This document shows positions 1 through 10,698 of a DNA stretch of 64,000 nt, piece by piece. Made by a program: the position numbers and the translations under genes. This DNA comes from Candidatus Latescibacterota bacterium. Its GTDB lineage: Bacteria > Latescibacterota > UBA2968 > UBA8231. The DNA is taken from assembly GCA_965223905.1 (NCBI GenBank), contig CBDCXV010000010.1, positions 2,016,001 through 2,080,000 on the forward strand. Direction: 5' to 3'. The notes below the pieces were generated by a model that worked only from the letters and a program-made list of their open reading frames with translations, had not been told where the DNA came from and ran no database searches. Numbering within the stretch: position 1 is the stretch's first letter; each line of letters opens with the position of its first letter.

Positions 1-229
1 CGTTCAAGCAGGTGCGCGGCAACTCGTTTCCGGGCCGCGTCTGAGCCGAATCGCGATGGGTCGCGACGTGACCATCGATCGTACCGGCTCGCCCTTTACA
101 GCAGTCCGAGCTCGAGTTCGCAGCCTGATTCACGACAGGTTGTGATCCCCAGAGTTGCCGAAACCGCCGAGTGGCCGTCGGACACATCCCGCTCTAGCGA
201 TCCCGCAGCGAATCCCGCCCGTCGCGCAC

Positions 230-330
230 ACCGACGCAGACCCAAACCTCATCTGCTGCACGACTCCACCAGCGAGTCGCGCAACCCAGACATCAATCTT
301 GACTGGCTCCTGATAATGCCCTTCCGTACC
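230..330 (+). repeat. ~100-bp upstream segment, copy 1, duplicated ahead of DUF4091 paralogs 1 and 2
   Basis: Closely similar to 5115-5217; contains hairpin CGACTC-N7-GAGTCG (261-279). Confidence 0.8.
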
Positions 331-404
331 TGCGCCGGTCACAGGGCACCCCCTACTCTTTGCATCTCGAGAGGGAGGGATTCATCAGATATGAGGGACA
401 GGCG

Positions 405-3050
405 ATGAAGTGGGCATGGACAGCGGTAGGGTTGTTGATGGCGGGACAGGCGTGGGCGCAGGAATCGGCGCTTTCACCAACTGCACACAGGACGATTCCG
501 ACGGAGCGTCCGAGCGAAAACATCGCGCTCGGGGCGAGCTACACGATGGAGCCGGGGCCGAATTACGGCCTTTGCACCGACCCCGGTGATTACGAGCAGC
601 TGACGGACGGGGTCTATACGGAAGGCTTTTTCTGGGCGCAGAAGTCGACGGTGGGCTACCAGGAAAAGACACCTTCGATCGTGACCCTGGACCTGGGTGC
701 AGTGAAACCGATACGGGGAGTGTCGTACCACACGGCGGGGGGGTTCATGGACTCGACATTTCCGCTGACGATCCGCATCCTCGTGGCAGATGCAGATAAG
801 CAGTTTCATGAAGTTGGCGACCTGGTACAGTTGAGTGAGGAGCAACACGGACCGCTCGCGCCGATGAGGGCGACCGATGCCATGTGGGCGGTGGACACGG
901 TGGGTTTCAGACAGGACCAGATCCACTATCACTACAACCTCAACCGGGATCGCTTCCCGGAGAAAATGACCCCCGAACTACGTGAGCAGGTCCTCAGCGA
1001 TCTCTACAAAACTCGCGCCGAGCAGTATGGGACGTACCGCTACTGGACGGACCGGCTGCGGACGCACGGGCGCTACGTCAGCCTGATTGTGTGGAACGAT
1101 CCGTACACGTTCGTGGACGAGATCGAGGTCTACGCAGGAGAGCCGGAGTGGGTGGATGAGCCGCTGCCGGGACCGGCCATCACGGACGTCAAGGTGTATG
1201 CGGGCCGGCTCGCCATCGAGAAAGGAATTCGGACCCGCCTGACGCAGGACATCGAGGCCTTGCGGCAGACGGCCGAAGAAGAGGGCATCCCGGCGCAGAC
1301 ACAGAGCGCTGTGTTGGGCGAGCTGGCGACTGTGGAGGCGAATATGCGGCAGGCCAGCAGGGCGTTCGGCGATGACTTCGAGGCCGTGCTGCCGCTGAAC
1401 TCGTGGCACGAACGGGTCCTGCAAACTCAAGCCCGACTCTGGCGCGCCAGGGGATTGGAGCACCTCACCTTCTGGCGCTCAAATCTGTGGGATCCCCTAC
1501 CCCTCATCGGCACGCCGGACACGACAGCGGATCTGGCCGTCGACGTGCACCTGATGCGCAAGGAGCACCGGGCGGCCGCGTTCAATGTGAGCAACAGCAG
1601 TGACGAGCCGATGCAGGTCGCCTTCCGCTTGAGCGGGCTTCCCGGGGGCGACAATCCGGAGTACGTGACCGTTCACGAGGTGATCTGGACGGACACGCGC
1701 AGCGGTGTGCCGGTGGCGGCGGCGTTACCAGAGATTACTGTTGACAACGGTCTGTATGCGGTTTCCGTACCGTCAGGTATGACCCGACAGGTGTGGCTGA
1801 CCTTCAATCCGGTCGACGTGAAGCCGGGCGTGTACGAGGGAGAGGTCGTCGTAGAGTCGACGCCCGGGGGCAAGCGATTTCCACTGCGCATGCACCTGTA
1901 TCCCCTGGATTTCCCTGAGCAGCAGACCCTTCACATGGGCGGGTGGGACTACACCGACCGGATCGGTCATTTCCCCTACATAACAGCGCAGAACCGGTCG
2001 GCCATCGTCGAACATTTGCGCGAACATCGCGTCGACTCGCCATGGGCTCTCAAGCTGGCACTGCCGCGCGGCACCCACGATGCGACCGGGGCGATGACGG
2101 CACCCCCCTCCACCGACTACCTCGACGCGTGGATCGAGCTGTGGCCGGATGCCGCTCAGTACATGGTGTTCGCGAAGGTGGGTGACAACTTCGAGTCGTT
2201 GCCCATGGGCACCCCGGAATTCGAAACCGCGGTAAAGGCGTGGGTCCAGTTCTGGGAAGGCTATATCAAGTCAAAAGGTTTACGGCCGGAGCAGTTCGCG
2301 CTGCTGCTGGTGGATGAGCCTAACGAACCGTACCAGGACGCGCGCATCCTGGCGTGGGCGAGGCCGATCCGCGCGGCGGAAACGACAATGCGCATCTGGG
2401 AGGATGTGACCCATGAAGACATGAACGAAGCCGATGAAAACATGATCGACGCCTGCCACGTGTTGAGCCCGAACTACAACGCCTTCCTGTTCAAGGACCA
2501 GGACTATCGCGACTACTTCCTGAGCAAACGCGATCAGGGGATCGCCCTGGAGTACTACACGGCCTGGCTGAGTCGAGTTTTCGATCCGTACGCAGGCCGG
2601 ATCATGGCGTGGACGTGCTGGCGTTATGAGGCGGGGGCGTTCTACCTGTGGTCGCTGACGGACACGGGCCACGCGTCATCGTGGAACGAATATCTGACGA
2701 TCAAGAGCGCCTACTCCCCCATCTTCATCGACGAGGACTCGGTGACTGCGGGCAAACACCTCGAGGCGGCTAGGGAAGGAGTCCAGGACTACGAGTACTT
2801 CGCCATGCTGAACCGGGCGATCCATAGTGCCTCAGCTCGGGGGGTCAGCGGTCCGGAATTGGAGAATGCCCGTGAGTTGCTGGAGAGCCTGCCGGCCAGT
2901 GTCTGTGATGCGGCCGGCCACCGGGAAGGGCTCGACGGCGACCTGCCGTTGAGCGGTTTCCACTGGCTGAATGACAACGTCGACCGGACACTGGCGGACG
3001 AGGCGCGGATTCAGGTGCTGGTGGCGTTGACGGAGCTGGCCGGGCGCTAG
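405..3050 (+). CDS. Secreted discoidin-like + DUF4091/GH123-like glycoside hydrolase, paralog 1
   Basis: Signal peptide MKWAWTAVGLLMAGQAWA; N-terminal NIALG...LTDG...LDLG discoidin-type motifs; central LVDEP; C-terminal REGVQDYEY DUF4091-like motif. ATG 405 follows GAGGGA. Confidence 0.7.
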   Translation: MKWAWTAVGLLMAGQAWAQESALSPTAHRTIPTERPSENIALGASYTMEPGPNYGLCTDPGDYEQLTDGVYTEGFFWAQKSTVGYQEKTPSIVTLDLGAVKPIRGVSYHTAGGFMDSTFPLTIRILVADADKQFHEVGDLVQLSEEQHGPLAPMRATDAMWAVDTVGFRQDQIHYHYNLNRDRFPEKMTPELREQVLSDLYKTRAEQYGTYRYWTDRLRTHGRYVSLIVWNDPYTFVDEIEVYAGEPEWVDEPLPGPAITDVKVYAGRLAIEKGIRTRLTQDIEALRQTAEEEGIPAQTQSAVLGELATVEANMRQASRAFGDDFEAVLPLNSWHERVLQTQARLWRARGLEHLTFWRSNLWDPLPLIGTPDTTADLAVDVHLMRKEHRAAAFNVSNSSDEPMQVAFRLSGLPGGDNPEYVTVHEVIWTDTRSGVPVAAALPEITVDNGLYAVSVPSGMTRQVWLTFNPVDVKPGVYEGEVVVESTPGGKRFPLRMHLYPLDFPEQQTLHMGGWDYTDRIGHFPYITAQNRSAIVEHLREHRVDSPWALKLALPRGTHDATGAMTAPPSTDYLDAWIELWPDAAQYMVFAKVGDNFESLPMGTPEFETAVKAWVQFWEGYIKSKGLRPEQFALLLVDEPNEPYQDARILAWARPIRAAETTMRIWEDVTHEDMNEADENMIDACHVLSPNYNAFLFKDQDYRDYFLSKRDQGIALEYYTAWLSRVFDPYAGRIMAWTCWRYEAGAFYLWSLTDTGHASSWNEYLTIKSAYSPIFIDEDSVTAGKHLEAAREGVQDYEYFAMLNRAIHSASARGVSGPELENARELLESLPASVCDAAGHREGLDGDLPLSGFHWLNDNVDRTLADEARIQVLVALTELAGR

Positions 3051-3247
3051 CTGGCGATTCGTTTTCAACCCAACACGCAGAACATCTGGCCGTTGCTGAG
3101 TGGCGAGAGCCCGGAGCCTGATGTGCGTCGGCTGTTTTGGAACTTCATGGGAGACAGGCAGCTCGCATGCATCGGATTCGCTCAGTCCAGCCGGCACGAC
3201 CTTGTCGCGGTGAGCAAGTCGCCCAGGCGGCCGCCGAATGAACGCAT

Positions 3248-4612
3248 CTACTGATTCCCTTCTACTTCGCCGCCGGTCGCAGGCAAGCCCACTGCGTATT
3301 CAGCTGCGGTGACTTCCGCCATGCCGTACAGGTCGCCGCTGCGCTCGAGGAGCACACCCGCCGAGCTATCCGGAAACCTGAAGAACCGAGGTTCTGGTCT
3401 GCCCACCACCAGCTCTGTGAGACTCGTCGGTTGCAGGGCGTCGTCCAGGAGATTGACCCGGAGCACGTCCGGGGGAATGCCAGCCGTTGTGTCCCTAACC
3501 GCGTAGACGGTGCCGGAGATCAGATCGCCGAAGAGGATATCGATCGACCTGAAGGACACGGAGCTGCCAACCGGCCCCGTAGCAGCTACATAAGCTTGAG
3601 TCTCGCGTCCCCACTGCGCGAGCGGTTGAATGAACCCCGCTTCGCCGACAGGAGCCTCATCCACCGCATTGCCGCTCGAATCGATATAGAACATCCCCTC
3701 CCTGACCCGTCCGTCCGCAGCATTCCGACCCCAGCCGAAATTCTCGATCGTAGCGGTATCCAACAGATCAGACAGCAGGACTCGGTTCAACTCTTCGGCG
3801 ATGTCCTTGCCAATGTCTACGAACTCTACATACGAATTCCCATCCCGCTGAGAGACTTCAAGCCTCTGCACATTTCGTATACCCTTGGCCAGAATAGTCC
3901 AGTCTCCGGTTTGAGAGTCAATCCGAACGATCTTGCCCAGATGTGAGATATCGTCCTGGGGGAACGTGCGCCCAACCTCAAAAGGGGCAGCGTTGTCGCC
4001 AACGGCCAGCAGGATCGAACCATCGTCCAGTACGGCAAGTCCCCCACTCTTGTGACCGTTGGGATTGAGCTCAAAAGCTCGAATGGGCAGCGGATCGGAA
4101 AGGCTCGTGCCATCAAAGTCGTAGCAGTAAATGACCTGGTAGGAGGAGCCATGGGCTCTTGGCGAAACGGCCACGGGTGTCCCCCCGGGCGTCGTGGAAG
4201 AGGTGAAGACTACATAGAGGAGGTCACCCGCATGGTTCGGGGCGGCATTGAGAATCCGCTCAGTGGCCCGCGATGGTTTCGCAGGTGCATCTTCAGGGGT
4301 CAGCAGCGTGTGGATGGTGCCGTTCGCATCCCGCCGATAAAGGAAGCCCGCCTGGTCGATCAGGATGAGGTCACCGCCAACCGCGACCGGCGACGTGGCG
4401 TTCGTTTTCTTCGCCCAGGCACTGCTCGCGGGCATGGTGCCCGAGTATGTCAGGCGGATGTAGATATCTGAATCACTGACGGCCGCCGGTTTCGGAGCTG
4501 GTGTCTGATCAGCCTTCACCAGACCACCCGACTTCTCCCCTGTGGCACAAGACGGAAGGCCTGCGAGTAGTGCAATGACAGAGATAAAGGCCAGTAGTCG
4601 TGTTTTCATCAT
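3248..4612 (-). CDS. Glucose/sorbosone (PQQ-dependent) dehydrogenase-family beta-propeller, probable lipoprotein
   Basis: Lipobox-like LAGLPSC; GHKSGGL..DDG.ILLAVGD, HLGKIVRID, GIRN and NFGWG motifs of the GSDH family. Confidence 0.7.
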   Translation of the reverse strand: MMKTRLLAFISVIALLAGLPSCATGEKSGGLVKADQTPAPKPAAVSDSDIYIRLTYSGTMPASSAWAKKTNATSPVAVGGDLILIDQAGFLYRRDANGTIHTLLTPEDAPAKPSRATERILNAAPNHAGDLLYVVFTSSTTPGGTPVAVSPRAHGSSYQVIYCYDFDGTSLSDPLPIRAFELNPNGHKSGGLAVLDDGSILLAVGDNAAPFEVGRTFPQDDISHLGKIVRIDSQTGDWTILAKGIRNVQRLEVSQRDGNSYVEFVDIGKDIAEELNRVLLSDLLDTATIENFGWGRNAADGRVREGMFYIDSSGNAVDEAPVGEAGFIQPLAQWGRETQAYVAATGPVGSSVSFRSIDILFGDLISGTVYAVRDTTAGIPPDVLRVNLLDDALQPTSLTELVVGRPEPRFFRFPDSSAGVLLERSGDLYGMAEVTAAEYAVGLPATGGEVEGNQ

Positions 4613-4789
4613 TTGAACTATGGTGCTATTGAGAATGGCCCGGCGCTCCGAGTGTCATCAACCCAGTATCAACATGCACGCCTATTGCCGGACACTCTCC
4701 GGGCTGCGCCGAAATTCGCTCGGCGCTACGTCAAGATCAAGGTGTGCGGGGACAACGTGAGGTGGTCCTCGAGGAAATAGTAGTTGGGT

Positions 4790-4990
4790 TAGCCAGCAAG
4801 GGCTCTTCGTCGGCGAGCCGGTCGGCTTGCACGTCGTCAAGCAGACCGCGTTTCGCACACAGGCGGATGATCCGGTGCGCGCTCGTCTCCACGATCTGTT
4901 GCACATCGTCATCCCGCAAGCGCCGCACCGGTACGAACTGCGGCCTTTCGTCGGGGGCTACAGTGCCATCGGTCAGCAGGACCCAAACAA
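4790..4990 (-). pseudogene. Remnant of an IS91-like (Y2) transposase
   Basis: VLLTDG...DDDVQQIVETSAHRIIRLCAKRGLL...DEEPLLA resembles the middle of IS91-family transposases; no full ORF. Confidence 0.5.
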
Positions 4991-5114
4991 CGCCGCCGCC
5001 CAATTGCGCCTGGTCAACGAGAGATATCGTTTCCATAAGGTCAGCTACTCGACAGCCTCAGCGTCGCCATGCTCAGACTGCAGGGGGCATCTCCGCCGGG
5101 CTGTGAGGGACTTA

Positions 5115-5217
5115 ACCGACGCAGAACCCCAAACCTCACCTACTGCGCGACTCCACCAAAGAGTCGCGCTACCCCGACATCAATCTTGACCGGCTCCCGA
5201 TAATGCCCTTCCGTACC
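5115..5217 (+). repeat. Upstream segment, copy 2
   Basis: Matches 230-330; perfect 9-bp hairpin GCGCGACTC-caccaaa-GAGTCGCGC (5145-5169). Confidence 0.8.
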
Positions 5218-5284
5218 AGCTCCGATTACAAGGCACCCCTAACCCCTATCCCGGGAGAGTACTCGAGAGGAAAAGGATTCATTG

Positions 5285-7970
5285 ATGATGAAGAGGATGT
5301 GGACAGCGGTAGCATTGTTGATAGCGGGACAGGCGTGGGCGCAGGAATCGGCGCTTTCACCAACGGCACACCGGACGGTTCCGACGGAGCGTCCGAGCGA
5401 AAACATCGCCCTCGGGGCGAGCTACACGATGGAGCCGGGGCCGAATTACAGCCTGTGCAGCGATCCCGGTGATGCCGAGCAACTTACGGATGGCGTCTAC
5501 ACGGACGGTTTTTTCTGGGTACAGAAGTCGACGGTCGGCTACCAGGAAAAAACGCCCTCCACGGTGACGATCGACCTGGGCGAGGTGAAGCCGATACGGG
5601 GGGTGTCCTACCACACCGCTGCGGGATTTGCCGATGTGCACTGGCCGCAGACGATCCGCATCCTCGTTGCGGGTGAAAATGGGGAGTTTCATGAGATCGG
5701 CGACCTGGTCCAATTGAGTGAGGCGCAACACGGACCGCTGGCGCCGATGAGGGCGACTGATGCCATGTGGGCCCTCGACGAGATGGTTTTCAGTCAGGCC
5801 GAAGTACACTTTCACTACGACAAAAACCGGGATCGCTTCCCGGAGCAAATGACTCCTGAGGTTCGTGAGCGGGTCATCAAGGATGCCTACAAAACTCGAG
5901 CCGAGCAGTATGGGACGTACCGCTACTGGACAGACCGGCTGCGGACACACGGGCGTTACGTCAGCCTGGTCGTATGGAACGAGCCGTACACCTTCGCGGA
6001 CGAGATCGAGGTCTACGCCGGAGAGCCAGAGTGGGTGGATGAGCCGCTGCCGGGACGGACCTTCCCGGACGTCAAGACGTATGCGGTCAGGCTCTCTATC
6101 GAGAGAGGAATCCGGACGCGCCTGACCCAGGACATCGAGGCCTTGCGGCAGATGGCTGAAGACGGCATCCCCTCGCGGACACAGAGCGCAGTGCTGGGCG
6201 AGCTGGCGACGGTGGAGGCGAGTATGGGACAGGCCACCAGGGAGTTCGGGAATGACTTCGAGGCCGTACTGCCGCTGAACTCGTGGCACGAACAGGTCCT
6301 GCAAACGCAAGCCCGGCTCTGGCGCGCCAGGGGATTTAAGCCGCTCACGTTCTGGCGCTCGAACCTGTGGGATCCCCTACCCCTCATCGGCACACCGGAT
6401 ACTGCGGCGGTACTAATCGCCGCGGCGGAACCAATCGCCGAGACCGAGCTGGCCGTCGACGTGCACCTGATGCGCAAGGAGCACCGGGCGGCCGCGTTCA
6501 ATGTCAGCAACAGCAGCGACGAGTCGATGCAGGTCGCCTTCCGCTTGAGCGGGCTTCCGGGGGGCGACAATCCGGAATACGTGACCGTGCACGAGGTGAT
6601 CTGGACGGACACGCGCTTCGGTGTGCCGGTTGCGGCGGCGTTACCGGAGATCGCCGTTGACAATGGTCTGTATGCGGTCTCCGTACCGTCGGGCATGACC
6701 CGACAGGTGTGGCTGACCTTCAATCCTATGGACATCGAGCCGGGTACCTACGAGGGTGCGGTGGTCGTGGAATCGACGCCCGGGGACGAGCGCTTTCCGT
6801 TGCGCATGCACCTTGTATCCCCTGGATTTCCCGGAGCAGCAGACCCTGCACATGGGCGGGTATGACTACACCAACCGGATCGGTCGTTTCCCCTATGTGA
6901 CAGCGCAGAATCAGTCGGCCATCGTCGAACACCTGCGCGAACATCGCGTCGATTCACCGTGGGGCGCGGGGCCAGTGCTGGCAAAGGGCACACACGACGA
7001 GACGGAAGCGATGACGGCGCCACCCGCCACCGACCACTTCGATGCGTGGATCGAACTGTGGCCAGATGCCGCCCAGTACATGGTGGGCACGGGCGCCGGC
7101 CACCACCTCTCGTCGTTGCCCGTCGGCACGCCGGAATTCGATACCGCGGTCAAGGCCTGGGTCGAGTTCTGGGACGGCTACATCAAGTCAAAGGGTTTAC
7201 GGCCAGAGCAGTTCGCGCTGAATCTGGCCGATGAGCCTGACGAACCGCATCAGGACGCGCGCATTCTGGCATGGGCGAAGTCGATCCGCGCAGCGGACAC
7301 GAAAATGCGCATCTGGGAGAACCCGGCGCACGGCGTCATGAGCGAGGCGGATCCGAACATGATCAACGCCTGCCACGTGTTGAGCCCGAACTACAATTCC
7401 TTCGTCGTCATCGAGGACCAGGACTACCGCGACTACTTCCTGGGCAAACGCGATCAGGGGATCGTCTTGGAGTATTACACCGTGTGGCCGAGTCGGATTT
7501 TCGATCCGTACGCCGGCCGGGTCATGGCGTGGTCCTGCTGGCGATACGGGGCGGAGGCGTTCTACTTCTGGTCGCTGATGGACACGGGCTACGCGTCATC
7601 GTGGAACGAATACCTGACTACCCGGTGGGCCTACTCCCCCGTCTTCCTCGACGAGGACTCGATAACGGCGGGCAAACACCTCGAGGCGGCGAGGGAAGGG
7701 GTCCAGGACTACGAGTACTTCGCCATGCTGGACCAGGCGATCCAGCAGGCCTCCGCTCGGGGGATCACAGGTCCGGAATTGGACAACGCCCGCCAGCTGC
7801 TGGACAGCCTGCCGGCCACTGTCTGTGATGCGGCCGGCCACCGGGAAAAACCCGGAGACGAAGGCTCGTGGACCGGTTTTCACTGGTCGAACGAGAACGT
7901 CGACCGCACGCTGGCAGACAAGGCGCGGATTCAGGTGCTGGCGGCGTTGACGGAGCTGTCCGATCGCTGA
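5285..7970 (+). pseudogene. DUF4091/GH123-like paralog 2 with a +1 frameshift
   Basis: Collinear with paralog 1; CACCTTGTAT at 6809-6818 versus CACCTGTAT in paralogs 1 and 3 (extra T) splits it into ORFs 5282-6865 and 6756-7970. Could be a sequencing error. Confidence 0.75.
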
Positions 7971-8044
7971 TACCCGATCGGCGGGGACAACTCCTGTCCA
8001 GAGGTTCTCATCGAACTCACTCATCAGATAGCGAGGGCAAAACG

Positions 8045-10681
8045 ATGAAATGGATGTTGGCAGCAGTGGCGTTGTTGGTGGCAGGGATTTCGTGGGCGCA
8101 GGACACGGCGCTTTCTCCAACCGCACACCGAACGGTTCCGACGGAGCGACCGAGCGAGAATATCGCCCTCGGAGCTGGTTACACGATGGAGCCCGGGCCG
8201 AGTTACGAGCTGTGCAGCGACCCCGGTGACGCCGAGCAGCTGACGGACGGCGTCTACTCGGATGGCTATTTCTGGACGCAGAAGTCGACGGTGGGCTGGG
8301 TCAGGGCCAAGCCCGTGATCCTGACGCTGGATCTGGGTACTGTGAAACCGATACGAGGGGTGTCGTTCCACACGGCGGGGGGGTTTGCGCATGTGGGGTG
8401 GCCGGAGGCCATCTACATCTTCACGGCGGGTGAGGACGGGGAATTCCATGAGATCGGGGAGCTGGTGGAGTTGAGCGCGGCCCAGCACGGCCCGCTCGCA
8501 CCGATGCAGGCGACCGATGCCATGTGGGCGAAGGACGACATGAGCTTCAACAACGCCGAGATCCATGAGCACTACGATCTGCACCGGGATCGCTACCCCG
8601 AAGAGATGACCCCTGAGCTGCGTGAGCGGGTCCGCCGTGATCTCCACGAATATCGCGCCGCGCATTACGGATCGTATCGCTACTGGACAGACCGGCTGCG
8701 GACGCACGGCCGCTATGTCTGCCTGGTTGTGTGGCCCGTGGGGAAGTACTCGTTCGTGGACGAGATCGAGGTCTACGCGGGAGAGCCGGAGTGGGTGAAT
8801 GAGGCGCTGCCGGGCCGGGGCTTCACGGACGTGAGGGCCTATGCGGACCGGCTCGCCATCCGGGCGGGGATTCGGACGCGCGTGGTGCAGGACATTGCGG
8901 CCTTACGACAAGCGGCCCAAGAAGAGGATATCCCGGCCCAGACGCGGCAAGACGTTCTTGGCGAGTTGACGGCCGTGGAAGGGGAGCTGGGGCAGGCCTC
9001 CAGGGCGTACGGGGATGATTTCCAGGCCGTGCTGCCGCTGAATTCATGGCATGAACGGGTGTTGCGCACACAGGCGTGGCTGTGGCGCGCCAGGGGGTTG
9101 GAGCCGCTCACATTCTCGCGGTCAAATCTATGGGACCCCCTACCTCTCATTGGCACCCCGGACACGGAGGCGCAGCCGGAGGTCGACGTGCACCTGATGC
9201 GAAAGGAACACCGCGCGGCGGCCTTCAATGTCAGCAACAGCAACGATGAGCTGATGAAGGTTTCGTTCCGGTTGAGCGGGCTACCGGGGGGCGACAATCC
9301 GGACTACGTGACCGTTCACGAGGTAGCCTGGACAGACACTTATGACGGAGTGCCGGTGGCGGCGGCTCTCCCAGAGATCGGTCCCGAGAACGATCTGTAC
9401 ACCGTCTCCGTGCCCGCGGGCATGACGCGGCAGGTGTGGCTGACGTTCAATCCGGTGAACATCGAGCCGGGTGCCTACGAGGGTGCGGTTGTCGTTGAAT
9501 CGACGCCGGGCGGTGAGCGGTTTCCCTTGCGCATGCACCTGTATCCGCTCGATTTCCCGGAGAAGCAGACGTTGCATTTCGGTGGATGGGACTACACGGA
9601 CCTGATCGGTCATCACGCCTTTATAACAGAGCAGAACCTGTCGGCGTTCATCGAGCATCTGCGCGAACACCGCGTCGACTCGCCGTGGGCTCACCCGCTG
9701 GCGTTGCCGCGCGGCACGCACGATGAGACGGGAGCGATGACGGCGCCACCCGCCACCGACCACTTCGATGCCTGGATCGAACGGTGGCCGAATGCAGCCC
9801 AGTACATGGTATTTGCAGAGGCGACCGAGAATTTCGAGTCGTGGCCCAAGGGGACACCGGAATTCAATACCGCGGTGAAGGCGTGGGTGACCTTCTGGGC
9901 CGAGCACATCAGGTCCAAGGGAATATCACCGGAGCAGGTCGCGCTGCTGCTGGGGGATACTCCCAGTGCGCCGCACCAGGACGCGCGCATCCTGGCCTGG
10001 GCGAAACCGATCCGCGAGGCCGGCACGGGAATCCGCGTCTGGGAGAATGTGATCCACGGCAGTATGGACGACGCGAATCAGGACATGATCGACGCCTGCC
10101 ATGTTCTGACTCCCCACTATGGATCCTTCCTGAAACAGGGCGAGGCGTATCGCAACTATTTCCGGAACAAGCGGGATCAGGGGATCGCCCTCGAGTACTG
10201 GAGTGCTTGGATGGGTCGGACCAAGGATCCGTACATGGGCCGGCTTATGCCGTGGACGTGCTGGCGTTACGGGGCGGAGGCCATCCACATGTGGTCATTC
10301 GGCGACACGGGCGGCGCGTCATCGTGGAACGAATATGTGACTACCAGGCTGCCTTACACCCCCATCTTCATCGACGAGGTCTCGGTGACGGCGGGCAAAC
10401 ACCTCGTGGCGACGCGGGAAGGGATCCAGGACTACGAGTACTTCGTCATGCTGGACCGCGCGATCAAGGAAGCCTCTGCGCGGGGGGTCGCAGGTCCGGA
10501 ACTGGAGAACGCACGTCGGTTGCTGGAGACTCTACCGGCCCGCGTCTGTGAAGCAGGGGGTCATGGGGATGACATCGATAACGACGACTTCTACTGGCAG
10601 AACGAGAATGTCGACCGCACGCAGGCGGACAAGGCGCGCGTACAGGTGTTGGCGGCGTTGACGAAGCTCGCCGGGATCTGA
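8045..10681 (+). CDS. DUF4091/GH123-like paralog 3
   Basis: Signal peptide MKWMLAAVALLVAGISWA; collinear with paralog 1; REGIQDYEY; LGDTP where the other copies have DEP. Confidence 0.7.
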   Translation: MKWMLAAVALLVAGISWAQDTALSPTAHRTVPTERPSENIALGAGYTMEPGPSYELCSDPGDAEQLTDGVYSDGYFWTQKSTVGWVRAKPVILTLDLGTVKPIRGVSFHTAGGFAHVGWPEAIYIFTAGEDGEFHEIGELVELSAAQHGPLAPMQATDAMWAKDDMSFNNAEIHEHYDLHRDRYPEEMTPELRERVRRDLHEYRAAHYGSYRYWTDRLRTHGRYVCLVVWPVGKYSFVDEIEVYAGEPEWVNEALPGRGFTDVRAYADRLAIRAGIRTRVVQDIAALRQAAQEEDIPAQTRQDVLGELTAVEGELGQASRAYGDDFQAVLPLNSWHERVLRTQAWLWRARGLEPLTFSRSNLWDPLPLIGTPDTEAQPEVDVHLMRKEHRAAAFNVSNSNDELMKVSFRLSGLPGGDNPDYVTVHEVAWTDTYDGVPVAAALPEIGPENDLYTVSVPAGMTRQVWLTFNPVNIEPGAYEGAVVVESTPGGERFPLRMHLYPLDFPEKQTLHFGGWDYTDLIGHHAFITEQNLSAFIEHLREHRVDSPWAHPLALPRGTHDETGAMTAPPATDHFDAWIERWPNAAQYMVFAEATENFESWPKGTPEFNTAVKAWVTFWAEHIRSKGISPEQVALLLGDTPSAPHQDARILAWAKPIREAGTGIRVWENVIHGSMDDANQDMIDACHVLTPHYGSFLKQGEAYRNYFRNKRDQGIALEYWSAWMGRTKDPYMGRLMPWTCWRYGAEAIHMWSFGDTGGASSWNEYVTTRLPYTPIFIDEVSVTAGKHLVATREGIQDYEYFVMLDRAIKEASARGVAGPELENARRLLETLPARVCEAGGHGDDIDNDDFYWQNENVDRTQADKARVQVLAALTKLAGI

Positions 10682-10698
10682 GGTCAGGAGGTCGTCCC

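Noticed and set aside
405-10681. Diversity-generating retroelement or shufflon behind the paralog variation
   Set aside because: No reverse transcriptase or invertase seen, and differences are not adenine-specific.
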